DNA of 64,000 nt, taken from the NCBI RefSeq assembly GCF_026210795.1, contig NC_089430.1, positions 3,782,001 to 3,846,000 on the forward strand. The letters are read 5' to 3'. Shown here one piece after another: positions 27,760 to 41,083 of this stretch. Under the pieces are notes generated by a model. The model was given only the letters and a program-made list of their open reading frames with translations, made no database searches and was not told where the DNA came from. The position numbers and the translations under genes were made by a program. Each line of letters opens with the position of its first letter. The first letter of the stretch is position 1. This stretch comes from Rhizophagus irregularis (lineage: Eukaryota).

Positions 27760-30562
27760 ATGAATTCCTTGAAACATAATCAAGCTGTTGATGAATTAAA
27801 TTCTTCTGATCCAGCTGTTCGTGTAAAGGCCCTTCGCTTTATAAAGAATAACATCATTGGAAATAAAACGAAGAAAGATCTGTATATTCAACTCAACGTA
27901 ATTCCTAAGTAAGTTATTCTGATCTTGATCTTTGATTTCACACAATTTATTAAAGTAGCTTTTTCGCTTAATAGGCTTGTAAAGTTCTTGAAGTCAAAGG
28001 ACACTGTGGATTCTCAAGTACAAATTCAAGCTGCGATTGTGTTGGGCAGTTTCGCATATGGTTCGAGATTTATTTTTTTAGATTTCTACTCTTAGTAAAA
28101 TCAATACTAAAATTTATATTTACAGGAGGCGAGGAAAATGTAACCGAAATAGCAAAACATGATGCAATCAAGCCTTTACTAGAATGCATCTCTTTACAAA
28201 ATGATCCCCGTCTTATAGAGGCTGCCGCTAGGGCATTGAAAGCAATTTATAAATGTCCCACCGCTGATAAGAACGATATCTTCGCTGACCATCATTTACG
28301 TGACCTTATTACACTTCTTAATCCCGATAGTCTCCATCCTAAAACCGATCGCGAAAGGATTGCTTCAGTACATACAGCTGAATTGGCTGCTACTATTATT
28401 GCTCGTTGTTGTGATACTAATGAACAACAAATTCAAATAGCTAGTGCTGGTGCTTTCCCAGCTTTGGTTAAGTTGCTTACTTGTGGATTTTCTAAAGCAC
28501 AAGAAGCTGCACTAGATGCTTTGGCATATCTCTGCCGGGAAAACCCTGAATTTGGAAAAGCAATCGTTGAAACTAAATGTAGAGTATAATTAAAGTAGTG
28601 AAGTTTATCGTTTACATAATTAATTGATTTATTTATTTTTAGCTGAAACAAGTGATAGCCCAGTTAAGATCATGTTAAATTTGATCCAGGACAAATCATC
28701 AACAATGCGTTTAATTGCTGCCAAATGGTATGCCCGATTTTTTTTTCCTATGCTTTTATTATCGTCACCACAATGTTATGTGGAACTTTAATAATTATTT
28801 TAAATGGTATTTTTTTTCTATAGTTTAACCCACCTGAGTCGTGCAAATGCTATTGGCGAGTATTCTAACGACATCACTTTAATTGTATTACCTACATTAG
28901 TAAAATTGCTTGATGAAAAAGGTCCTGTTCGTGAAGAAGCCCCTCACGTCTTAGCTTATTTGATTCGCGATAATGAAGAGTTACAAAAGGCTGCGTGTGA
29001 CTCGGATGCGGTTCCAAAATTAGCAGATTTTGTAACTCATGTCGTGGACCAAGAAAGTTCATATTATGACCCCGTAGGTGATGGTGATAAATTAAAAGAG
29101 GTTGGTATATATAATTAATAAATTAATACATCATGAATTGTAATGATTAAAAAACACTTATTTCCCATAGAATGCGTTAATGGCTCTCGCTGCTATTAGT
29201 TCACTGACGGATGATGGACGAAAGTTAGTTGTGGAAGCCAAGATTATTCCACATATCGTTGCTGCCATGTCACATCGTTCTTATGGAATTCGTGCTGCAG
29301 CATGTCAATGTACTCGGAGCTTATCAAGGTCGATTAACATATTACGGACCAGCCTTGTAGATGCAGGAGTTGCAACACCTTTATTTAAAGTAAGACTTCA
29401 AGAGAACCTTCTATGAGCAAATTTTCGTAATATTGTTCAGCTGACAATTTTCGACAAAACGAAGCTTTTATCTGACGAATCAACGGACGTACAAGCGACA
29501 GCTTGCGCAACACTTTGTAATTTAGTCTTAGATTTCTCTCCTATGAAAAAAGTGAGTATCATCTATTTGATATAATTTATTTAAGCAATTTCAAATTAAA
29601 GATGCCGGTTAGTAACTTTATAATTAAATTCTTTTCCAGACGATTATGGAACTAGGTGGAATAGAAAAGTTAGTAGAGTTAGTGCGTTCACCAGATAATA
29701 CACTGAGACTTAATGCAATATGGGCATTGAAGAATTTAGTTTATCAAGCAGAATCAGATGTTAAAGAAGCGGTAATGAAAGTTTTAACATACCAAACTAT
29801 GGAGAAGTAAGTATAATAAATCTGTCTCAATTATTATTATACATTAAATTCATAAATTTTATAATGTTATTTAGTTTAATTTCCGATCAAGAAATTGTCG
29901 AAGTACAAGAGCAAGCATTAAATTTATTAAGAAATCTTGCATGCACAAAACCGATTGTAAGTTTGTTACGATGTTGTTCATTAATTACAACTTAAGATAT
30001 TACTGATCATTTGATTATTTAGGACATTGAAGAGGTCTTCAAAGGTTTAAGCGAAAATAAATTAATGAATATTATAGAAAATAAACTATGTTGGTGGAAT
30101 GAAAATGAGGAAATTATTAAACAGGTAATGTAATGACATGTTGATTTTATGGTTCCACGTTTTAATCTTTTATATTTTAGGTACTGTATGTGATAAATAA
30201 TATTGCATCGGGTTATGAACGACATAAAACAGCTATTATGAATCGACCCACAATATTAACACGTATATTAAACTACATGGGCCACGATAATCCGGAAATT
30301 CGTGTGATTGCAGTGTGGGTTCTCATAAATTTATTGTGGACAGAAGATAAATCTGCTAGTAAGTATTTAATATTTTGAAATAATATTAGTAGGTTAGATT
30401 CAATATTTATAATTCCTTATTTTTTATCAAGGTTCACAAGTTCGAGTTCAAAAATTACGTGATCTAGGATTTGAAGATAAAGTAAAAAATATGACAAATG
30501 ATGAAAATTTAGATGTTCGCGAACGAGTGAAAACTGTACTAAATCAATTTTCACAAGTGTAA
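27760..30562 (+). CDS. ARMC8: Armadillo repeat protein ARMC8/Gid5(Vid28)-like, multi-exon
   Basis: KALRFIKNNIIGNKTKKDLY, IRAAACQCTRSLSRSINILRTSLVDAGV, ATLCNLVLDFSPMK, RLNAIWALKNL, QEQALNLLRNL and LDVRERVKT. Confidence 0.88.
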
Positions 30563-31324
30563 TTAAAATAATAAGTATTCAATAGCTTACGCATTGAATA
30601 TACATTTGAAACTTTATAATATTACTTTTAATTTATTTATTAAAGCTAAATATAACAGGTAATTAAGTATAAGCTTATTATGTTATAAGGAAAACTTAAG
30701 AATAACACAGTAGCTTGTATGTATATTCATTCCATTTCAATTTACTTCTTAGCTTGTATTATTAGTATCATGCATTATTTAGCCATAATCCTATTAGTTT
30801 TTTGAACATTCTTGAAATTTGAATTATTAATTTTATTTCATAAAATTTAGCATTTATTGTTTTTTTGAAAGACAAAAATTTTTAGGTATAGAATAAGTAA
30901 AGTAATTTGAAATTTTGAATATCAGAATTCAATAAACGATAATACTACTGGTTTACCAATGAATTAGAAATTGAACTTAACATCATAGTACTTTCTGAAT
31001 GTAGTAAGTAGAAGTTTGTTTTATATTTTTTTTTGGTTAAAGTTATAAAAGTTAGTAAATTTCATGATGAGAAGTGCAAAATTAATGATTTTAATATAAT
31101 TGATTTATCAGTAAAATAGAATATTACATTTGCTTCTGTTCTTTACATCTGTACATTAGGTGGGTTTATTGGAAATATACTTAATTAAATGATATATTAT
31201 ATCAACTTTTTAGTTTTTACATTAGTAAAGCATATTGAATAAATTTAAAATAAAAAAAAATATTTATTTGAATATATATACAGTATTGTAACAAAACCAA
31301 AACTATTTTTTAAAATAAAAGATA

Positions 31325-31395
31325 CAGTCACACCCCTCCATAAGTGCATGCATCTGGGGCCCAGCCATACACATGCAGTTAGGGAGGGTGTGCAC
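31325..31395. mobile_element. Orphan Tc1/mariner-type terminus
   Basis: TA followed by CAGTCACACCCCTCCATAAG with an internal inverted GGAGGGTGTG. No matching second end found. Confidence 0.35.
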
Positions 31396-31599
31396 TTAAA
31401 GAACAGCCAATAGAAAGATCAATAGTAGTTAAATTGTATTTTTCATGATAAAAAATTTTTTTAAAATCAAGAATTGCCAAATTTTTATGCAATTAATATC
31501 CAATTATATTTATTTTGTATATTTCATAAAAAAAGTTTATTTTCTTTAAATTCTTAAGGGAGGGAGGAATTATCCCCCCGGTTAAGATTAGCAATACTC

Positions 31600-31710
31600 T
31601 TTATAAAATATATCTTGCTTATGTTTGAAGCGTCTATTTCAAAGAAATAAGTTTTTTATAAAATATATCTTGCTTGTATTTAGAGCGTCTATTTCAAAGA
31701 AATAAGTTTT
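31600..31710. repeat. Two-copy ~55-bp tandem duplication
   Basis: TTTATAAAATATATCTTGCTT...GCGTCTATTTCAAAGAAATAAGTTTT occurs twice. Confidence 0.7.
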
Positions 31711-32070
31711 GAAATTTATTATTTTCTGAATTTCTATAAGTATTAATTATAACAAAGTTTTTTTTATTATTATATTTTATATAACTGACTGGTAGAAGAA
31801 GACTTTTATAGTTATAGTAGATATTTGCTTACTGTGAAAAAAAAACTCTTACAATTATTCTTTAAACTGTTTTACAGTCAAATTTATCTGCAATTTTGTT
31901 TTTTAATTAAAAACACTTTTAAATACCTTAAAATATTTTATTACATAAACCAATATTTTTGTAATAAATTCTATAATATTTTCTAAGTAAAAATTGAAAA
32001 AAAATTCAATTTGATTATTTGATTAATAGTTTTTTAAAAATAAATGATTGACAAATTATAACAAATAGTA

Positions 32071-34329
32071 CCGTATATCGCGGGCCACAGTACCCCGGGT
32101 ATCTTGCAAATTTTGGGCATTTGGACCTGTACCCGGGGGTATATTACATGAGTGTGGCCGGCATCATACACAGAGGAGGGGTACAGAATTTTTAAAATAC
32201 CCGGGGTACTTATTGCCATATATAATATCTGAGTATTATGGATAATCGCTATGATGTAATCTCTCGTTAAGAATTTCTAAATATATCCTATTTCTCATAT
32301 CTTGATACTTTTTCAAGATATTTTACACAAAATTACTTATCTAAATACCCCTATTCATACATAAAAATGTCTTTGTTTGATTTACGTGTCTTTATTTTAC
32401 GCATTTTTTTTTTCTTTCTGCTAAAAGTAAAATGGTAGTTATTGGCAACAAGAAAAATAAAAAAACACGCAATCGTTTACCACAAAAGAAACAAAGACAA
32501 TGGAATGTAAGGGAAAAATTAATGATAGTGCATTATTATGAAAATAATAATAGAAATATACGTGGAACTGCCAAAAGATTTGATATTCAGCCCAAACAAC
32601 TGCGTGATTGGAAAAATAAAAAAGGAACTTTGTTAACGACTGCTCCTCATGTGGCTAAACTTCATCCGGGTAAACCTGCCAGATATCTGAAATTAGAAGA
32701 TGATTTATTTGCATGGATAAGTGAAAAAAAAGCCAATGGAAATGCCGTTACTCGAAAATTAATTACCAATAAAGCCATTTCCTTATCCAAAAGTCCAGAA
32801 TTATTAGCAAATAATCCGGGTATTGCTGGGTTCAAATTTTCTAATAAGTGGCTTGAAGGATTTCTGGAAGATATGACCTTAGTGAGCGTCGTAGAACAAC
32901 AGTAGCACAGCAACTGCCATCAGATTTAATTGAAAAGCAAAATATTTTTTTGAGTTATATTATGTACCTAAGAATTCATAATAAATATGAACTAAAATAT
33001 ATAGGCAATATGGATGAAACGCCCATGTGGTTTGATTTGCCGAGTAATACAACTATAAACCAAAAAGGAGCAAAAACGGTAAGTATTCGTACAACTGGTC
33101 AGCGAACGATCATCATTTACAGTTATACTTGCATGTATCTGACGGTACGAAACTTCCTGCAGTTTGCATTTTCAAACTGAAAAATATTCCGAAAGAAAAT
33201 TTTCCACACGGTATTTACATAAGAGCTAATGAAAAAGGGTGGGTTAACGAACAGGAAATGTTGTGGTGGGTTGAGAACGTTTTGGACTTCAAGGAACCGT
33301 TTTGGAAATCCACGTTCTATATTAGTATTAGATTCTTTTCGTGGGCGCTATAGTAAATTCTGTCGAAAAATCGATTTGTGGAAAAAAATACAAACATTGC
33401 CGTAATTCCTGGCGGTTGTACATCCAAATTGCAACCATTAGACGTTGCAATTAATAAGAGTTTTAAATCTAAGGTAATTATTTGATCTTTTTACTTCAAT
33501 TTTATTCTTATTAGTTACTAATATTAGTGAAATTATAGGTTAAAAATCGGTATAATAATTGGATGATATCAAATATTCATACTTTTACTCCAGCGGGAAA
33601 GATTAAAAGACCTTCTTATTCAACAGTCGCAACATGGGTTAAAGAGTCGTAGGATGAAGTTGATGAAAATCTTATTCAAAGATCCTTTAAAAGTTGTGGA
33701 GTTTCGACAAATATTGATGGTTCGGAAGATGATTGTATTTTTGATCATGATAGTTTATTGAATAGAGATAACGAAGTGTTAGAAAATTTTGATAACTCAA
33801 CCGATGAAAATTATGAAGAAGAATATCCCGAAGAAACTAACTACGAGAATAAATGGGATGTTAAAGTTGTTGTTGAAGTTGGTCGGGAAGAAGATAATGA
33901 CAAAAGTGAAAGTGAGAAAGAGGAAGATGATGGTAATTATGATTACCAAGATTCTGATGATCATGGAGAAATGCGTCATAGATTAAGCGAATTAAAAAAA
34001 GTATATAAGGTAAATTTTTTTATATTATTTTATTCCATTTTATCAAATAAAATTGCTAATTATTAAACTTGCATATAATTAGAAATAAAGAATCGATTAA
34101 GGAGTATATTACTATAAATATATTTGTATTACAATAATGAATAACTAATAAATAATACTCCGTTTTAATAAATAAAGTTGTATCCGGGATTTATACCCCA
34201 GGTATTTTACAAATTCTAAGATTTTAAATTGAAGATTTCTATGTAAAGTATCCGGGTACTTTAAAATTCCGATAAATTTTTTTAAAGGGGTACTGTGCAT
34301 AGGAGGGTACTGTGGCCCACGATATACGG
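32071..34329 (+). mobile_element. pogo-family (Tc1/mariner) DNA transposon, full length
   Basis: 24-bp TIR CCGTATATCGCGGGCCACAGTACC with one mismatch at the right end. TA on both sides (32069-70, 34330-31). Confidence 0.93.
32432..34100 (+). pseudogene. pogo transposase (Brinker-like DBD, CENP-B HTH, DDE_1), disabled
   Basis: TAKRFDIQPKQLRDW, FKFSNKWL, NMDETPMWFD, LVLDSF and IPGGCTSKLQPLDVAINKSFK. Several frameshifts, a TAG near 33649, and an intron near 33474-33538. Confidence 0.88.
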
Positions 34330-34390
34330 TAGTTAAATTTTTTAAATTAAAATATCTTTTTATCTATTGATCCTAGAAATATAAAATGAC

Positions 34391-34620
34391 TACCATTTGA
34401 TGCGTCTTAATGAGAAGAATCTGATAGAAATAAAATTGTCCTTCTACAAATATTATGTGACAGGATAACTTATAAAATCTAAAATTTTATAAATTAATAT
34501 AACTTTTTATTTATCAATTTTAGAGTTATTATTTTATTACCATTAAATGCACCTTAATAAGAGAAATCTAACAAATATAATTTCATCTTTCTATGATCAC
34601 TAGATCTCAAGATATTTTAA
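34391..34620. repeat. Degenerate copies of the ~148-bp palindrome-containing repeat
   Basis: TACCATTTGATGCGTCTTAATGAGAAGAATC (34391) and TACCATTAAATGCACCTTAATAAGAGAAATC (34538) resemble the repeats at 47563/47710 with the same spacing. Confidence 0.55.
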
Positions 34621-36718
34621 AAATTCAAAAATTTTTAAAATTAATTTTAGCTCTTACAGTTTAAGGGATAATAAATATTTGTTTACTATTTACTTTATAA
34701 TTTACTTGCCTATTGTACTTGTGCTTATCTCTAACTATACTTTTAATTATATTTATTTATACAATACTAATTTTATATGAATTTTAGGAATATTAGAAAT
34801 ATTTTATTAATATTAATATATTTTGAAAAAAAAATTGAATTACACAAAAAACTGCATAAAATTGAAATTTGTTATTAACTAATTTTCTAATATATTTAAT
34901 TAAATTTATCTTTATATTAACTGTATTTTTTTTTATAATAATAGGAAAAAACTTTTAAATCAATAATACATAACACCATAAAAGTTGTTAATACTACCAT
35001 TAAAAATGCTTATTTTACTATTAAAATATATTAGTATTTAGTAGAAATATCAGATTAGCAGAAAATTTTTTTATATTATAATATTACAATATAAATTATT
35101 AATATAATATAATTTTAAAGTCTACTATAGTAAATATAATGTAAAATCCAAAGTTAGTTAAAGTTAATTAAAGTTAATATAAATGATTAAATTAGCAATT
35201 TTTAAACTATAATTCTGGCCAAATTTTTTTAATTTTGAGTTCTGACTAAATTCATAATATTCAACTAAAAATTGAAAATTTTAGACTATATGTAATATTG
35301 TATTTACATAATATAACATCATTTTTAATAATTATAAGTATATTTACCTAGTTCCTAAAAATACATTTATAAACTTTAAAAAAAATAAAAATTTCATTTT
35401 ATTTAGTTCAATCTGACTGAAGAAAGTTACCTATTATAAGCCTATTTTAATATAATGAATTTATAAAATATTAAGAAACTTTTCCAACTTTTTTTTTTGC
35501 TTATTTTTTTTGAAATATTTTATATCTTTTATTTTAATGTTATTAAGATATGAAAAAAATTTTTTTACTTATTTATTTTTATTTATTTACAATATATGTA
35601 TTTGTAATTTAATTATATATGTTAGTGATGTTACCTAAATTATTTTAAGCTGCCATAATTATAAGTAAAATTCCAAATTCAATTATAGCATCCCAAATTA
35701 TTTTGGCACTTTACATAATAAATTACATATAAACTGAATGAATTATGGCATTCCAAATTATAATTATAGCATTCCAAAATAATTTAAATAGCATATAAAT
35801 TTAACAGCTAACACAACTAATATGAATTTTTTTACAAATAAATAGTTTTTATTTTATTTTTATGTTAAATAAATTAAAATCTAAAAAATATTAAATTTCT
35901 TTAATAAATTGTAAGTATTATTAGTATTATTATCATAATATTAAAATTTAACATTAAAATTTAATTTAAATAAACAAAAAAACTATTATATTTAACTAAG
36001 TTTTTAAATAAAAAATAATTTATAACATTAAGATAAATCTAATGATATTATTTTAATAAATAAAAAAAGATTTATTAGCATTTTAATTAAAAAATTTTAA
36101 CCAAATTCAATAAATAACAAAAATTTGCCTTAATAATCATCTTTTTAAACTTAATAAAAGTTGTTTATTTTATTAAATTATACCTAAAAATAAAATATCT
36201 AATTAAAAAAAAACTTTTATTAGAAGTTTTATAGGAATAAAAAATATTTTTTTTTATTATAAAAAGTAATTTTTGCATTTTACACAAAAACTATTTAATT
36301 AACTGCCTTTTTTAATTTAAAAACTTCTTTTTTTTGTAAAATTACATATATTTTTGCTATTTAAATTGTATTTTATACCTATTTTTAAGTTCAATTAAAA
36401 GGAAAACTGTATTTTTAAGATGAATTTTCTTGTATATGCAAAAGAAAAAAATATTACTAAAGTGAAAATGATAATGGAAATTTATAATACATATAATAAA
36501 CTATCAATTTACTTAATTTGTGTAAGTATTATTGTATAAAAATTTCTTTTTTTAATTATAAAATAAAATATTTGATGATAGTTCTACAAAATTATTTTAA
36601 TTAATGATCATTAATTTATATAACATTTTCAATGTTTGTTAAACTGATATGAATATTATTGTAATAATAAAATTAATAAAAGAATGAAACCAAAATGACA
36701 AATTGTTTACTTTTATAT

Positions 36719-36872
36719 GGGAGGCGGTCAGTAGAAAAGGGGGAAATTTAAAATTTTAAGATTTTTGGTTATTAAGCTAATTTTGTTCCCATGACCATGA
36801 TTGGCAAAGTAAACTGATAAAAAAAATTTTGACCAAAATTTGGATTTCCCCCTTTTCTACTGATCACCTCCC
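36719..36872. mobile_element. MITE, 154 bp
   Basis: ~29-bp TIR GGGAGGCGGTCAGTAGAAAAGGGGGAAAT (2 mismatches), flanked by ATAT on both sides. Confidence 0.8.
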
Positions 36873-36929
36873 ATATATATTTTATAAACAAACTTAAAAA
36901 AATGTATAATAACATTAGAATTTCTGATG

Positions 36930-37145
36930 GTCTTTTACTTTTATTCTGTTTTTTTTTTCTTTTTTATTTTATTTACTTTTTATTTTCATTATATTTTCCT
37001 TTTTTTCTTTTTATTTTTTCCCTTTCTTTTTGTTTTCTTTTTTTTTGTTTTTTTTTTCATTTCCCTTTTTTTTATTTTTTCTTTCTTTTTCATTTTATTT
37101 TATTTTTTCCATTTTTCTTTCTTTTTTACCTTCTTTCCTTTTTTA
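36930..37145. repeat. T-rich low-complexity tract
   Basis: Mostly T runs with scattered C/A. Produces spurious poly-Phe ORFs. Confidence 0.8.
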
Positions 37146-38344
37146 AACAAATATGGATACATAAATTTAGTAGAAAACCAAAGATTTTTCTTGATAAGTT
37201 TTTTTTAATTTTATTAATTTTAATAAATAATATTTCATCTTTTCATTTTTAGTCAGATCTAAAATATGAAGATACAGAAAATTTTCTTTTTTTTGCAATT
37301 TTTATAATATATTTTTTTTAACAAAATTGGTCTTAAAGTTTTGTTCGTTTTTTTTTTAAAAGTTTAGAAAGTAAAGATTTCTGTTAAAATTTAAAACTCA
37401 AAATTTTTTTAAATTATTTGAAGTATTGATTTCAATAAAAACATATTTTTTTAATGAATTACTAATATTTCATTTTCTTTTTTAAAATTTAAACAGCTAA
37501 AAAATATGTAAAATTTTGGTAAGAATTAATCTTTTTGATTTTTTTTTTATATCTTTTTTTAATATAATGATATTAATGTTTTATTTTTCCTTTTGTTTTA
37601 TACAGTTAATACTAAATTTCTTTAAGAATTTGATAGGTAGATTTTTTTTTGAACTATCTATTTTAATAAAATGTTTAATATTTGATCTTTAATTTAAAAA
37701 AATTTTTAAACTTTTTAAAAAAAATAGTATTTGACTATTTGATTTTTTTTTTGCTTTTTTTTGTAGAAATTTTGACTTTAACTTAGATATGATAAAATTA
37801 AATGAAATTTTGATTTTCTAAATATTTAAATGTTTTTATTACCATTTTTTTTTATTATTAAATTTTAGCTCATATTTTATATTTTAAAATTTTAAAACTT
37901 TCTCTCTTTTTAGATACATTATTATTTTAAACATTTATTACAAATTTTAAAGTATTTTACTTCAAAACTTTTTTTTAAAATTTTTTTTTTTTAATGTCTT
38001 TTTAAGAAATATATTAATATTTCCTATTTATCTTTTTTAGAACTTTAGATATTTGACTTATAAGTTAAAAGCAGTAATTATTTTTGAATACTCAAAACTT
38101 AAATTTTTTTTATTTAACTATATAGATTTATATTAGACAATATACAATGTGTATGTAATGAAAATAATTGTGGTTGATATATTTCATTAATTTCCTTATT
38201 AGCCAGTAATTTAAATTAAACAAAAATTTTTTTATTTTAAAGAATAAATCTAAATTTATAATATATGAAAATTTTTCTCAATTTAAATCACTGGTTGACG
38301 AGAAATTTAATATTGAACTATATTTATTAATGATCTACATTTAA

Positions 38345-38583
38345 GGTTGCTTGCCAAAACTTAGGGGTTTAAACAAGATGGCGTTTCGCCGAAAAGTGAA
38401 ATTCTACCAAAACTATATTAAAGTTATATTAAAAAACTGGCAAAACTTTGGTAAAAGGCGAAACTGCTGAAACTTATTATAAATGCCAAAACTGCTAAAA
38501 TTCTGCCGAAACTATAATAAATCTATAGTAAAATTTTGATGAAACTAATCGTAGGATTTTGAAGAGTTTGAACACAAACAACC
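38345..38583. mobile_element. Possible degenerate MITE
   Basis: GGTTGCTTG vs GGTTGTTTG inverted ends in TAA/TTA context, with internal GCCGAAA/GCCAAAA repeats. Confidence 0.35.
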
Positions 38584-38759
38584 TTATTTACATTACGTTT
38601 TGACAATCTTTAAAATTAAATCTCTCTAAATTTAGCAAGCCAAATAATTTCAAATTTTTATATCTTATATAAAAATATCTAATTTATAACATATTAAAAT
38701 TTTATCCAATTTGAATAACTAATTGTTGAAATATTTTTAAATTTAATTAAACTTCTGGT

Positions 38760-38984
38760 AGGATTCCGCTTACTTATAATAAAAGTCACTATAGAAAATT
38801 GGCCCTTTACTAATAGTTTTTATCTTGTTTTTTTCTTAAATTCTATTGGTTAATTAGCTAAAAAAGAAAAAAATCATAATAATATAACATAAAATTTCCT
38901 TTTATAGTAGGATTTGCAAAGAATTTTATATATGATTTTTACCTTAGGTTTGGGGGTGACCTATCTTATAAGTAAGTGGGTCCT
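38760..38984. mobile_element. MITE, ~225 bp
   Basis: Inverted ends AGGATTCCGCTTACTTATAA / TTATAAGTAAGTGGGTCCT. Flanks CTTCTGGT and CTTCTGGC (7/8 match, candidate 8-bp TSD). Confidence 0.6.
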
Positions 38985-39214
38985 CTTCTGGCCAATTAAA
39001 ATTTAACAATTTTTTATATATACAGTCAACTCCCTCTATAGTCACTATCACACCTATCCTCAAAAATCTTATATTAAAAAGAACCGTTTATAATCACAGT
39101 TATATAAAGAATATATTAAATAACTTGGCATCTAATAATCGTACAAAGATGTATCATAGCTTGTTAGAATCGTCTCACTGAGACGAATCGAATGGCGGTA
39201 GTTTTATCCTTTCC

Positions 39215-40187
39215 TTTCGCTATTGTTTACGGCCGTACCACCCATTGCCTCTTATGAGACTAATCTCGGTCCCGCGTCCTATCATCTTCAATAGGCAACC
39301 ATTAAACCGCACTTAATTCCTCAGGTAACAGCACCATGTAAGACATCCCCCATCGAGCCATTTTAGGCCGATCTGAAGCTGGTGACACGCCGCCTACTCA
39401 TCCTTAATCCATTGTACGATACTGGTACTCAATTTATTTTACGACCTTAGAGAGCACCTACTTTCATGGTGACTTTTGACAGGTAACGTCAACCATCTGA
39501 TGTAGGCCTAACCACTGGCATTTTAGGTACGGAGGTCGGCATCAATTACTGGCAGCCCGCGTCTAGCGCCGATAGTACATTGTTTGCCCACAAGTGGTAT
39601 ACTTATGTAGTGACCACTCGGACAGGAAGTAGCGAGGCTTCGTTCGGATGGCACCCCCTTATGGTGGGTATCGACCAGGAATCGCCAACGGGCCGAAGTG
39701 GAGGGGAATGACAACCCCCATGTATGCCTACCTGTGCGACGTGCACGAAGCACCTTGATTGGCTAAGGCCACAACAGAAGGTCTAACTACCACTAAGACA
39801 TTGCACCCTCAGCTTTACCATCTGTGACGACCATCTAGCCATTACTGACCCCAAGTGGTATCGTGCTGACCACCCAGACAGGAAGCCCCCCAAGGTATAG
39901 TAGCGACCTCCGCGACAGGACTGCGCACATGCCACGGGCCTCATAGCGAACGTTAGAAGGACACCACGACCCTTAGCTTGAAATGTGCGGCCTGACCGTA
40001 CACACTAATTCACCATGATGCAGTCCCAACTACACTAATCCCTGTACCTTCACGCTATTGGTTGTAGCGTCCGCAGTAAAATTCTTTTTTATTTCCGCTG
40101 GTCATAGGAATCGAACCTGCGACCTCCACCATACTCAGGCTTAATGAGGTCTCAGCGACTAACCACCGAGATAGGGCGACCAACCCT
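39215..40187 (-). mobile_element. tRNA-headed SINE-like unit 1 (divergent middle segment)
   Basis: Minus-strand head with GGTTCGATTCC B-box. Flanked by target motif copies at 39200-39214 and 40188-40202. Confidence 0.8.
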
Positions 40188-40202
40188 AGTTTTATCTTTT
40201 CC

Positions 40203-41067
40203 GCGTATTGTTTACGGCCAGACCACCCATTGCCTCTTATGAGACTAATCTCGGGCCTGCGTTCTATCATCATCAATAGGCAACCATTAAACCGAAAGAT
40301 TAATTCCTCAGGTAACAGCACCACGTAGAAGACATCCCCCATCGAGCCATTTTAGGCTGATCTGAAGCTAGTACACGCCGCCTACTCATCCTTAATCCAT
40401 TGTACGATACTGGTACTCAATTTATTTTATGACCTTTAGAGAAGACCTACTTTCATGGAGGACTTTCGACAGGTAACATCAACCATCTAGCACTTACATA
40501 CCACCATTTTATGTTAGCATTTGCGGTCTCACTCAAAGCGCCACTACAGCCCGCGATTACCTAGCACCGATAGTACAGTTGTTTACCCCAAGTGGTATAC
40601 TTACGTAGTGACCACTGACAGGGGAAGTAGCAGGCTTCTGTCCAGGATCACCCCTTATGGTGGTATCAACCACCAGGATCACCAACCAGGACCCAAGAAG
40701 TGGGGAATCGAACCCCATAACCATGCTACCTGTTCTGTGCACGAACACCTTGGTTGGCCTAAGACCTAACAGAAGGTCTAACTACCACTAAGACATTGCA
40801 CTCTCAGCTTTACCATCTAGGACGACCATCTAGCCATTACTGACCCCAAGTGGTATCGTGGAGTGACCACCCAGACAGGAAGTCCTCCCCAAGGTATAGT
40901 AGTGACCTCAAGGACAGGACTGCGCACATGCTAATGGCCTCATAGGAACGTTAGAAGGACACCATGACCCTTAGTTGAAATGTGCGGCCTAACCGTACAC
41001 ACTAATTCACCATGATGCAGTCCAACTACACTAATCCCTGTACCTTCACGCTATTGGTTGTAGCGTC
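40203..41067 (-). mobile_element. SINE-like unit 2, 5'-truncated (lacks tRNA head)
   Basis: Homologous to the other units but ends at GGTTGTAGCGTC, directly joined to the target motif at 41068-41083. Confidence 0.8.
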
Positions 41068-41083
41068 AGTTTTATCCTTTTCC

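Noticed and set aside
35623..35819. Possible TAG-terminated MITE
   Set aside because: Only a weak 14-bp inverted match and no convincing TSD in very AT-rich DNA.
36902..37252. Phe-rich ORFs
   Set aside because: Translation of a T-rich low-complexity tract.
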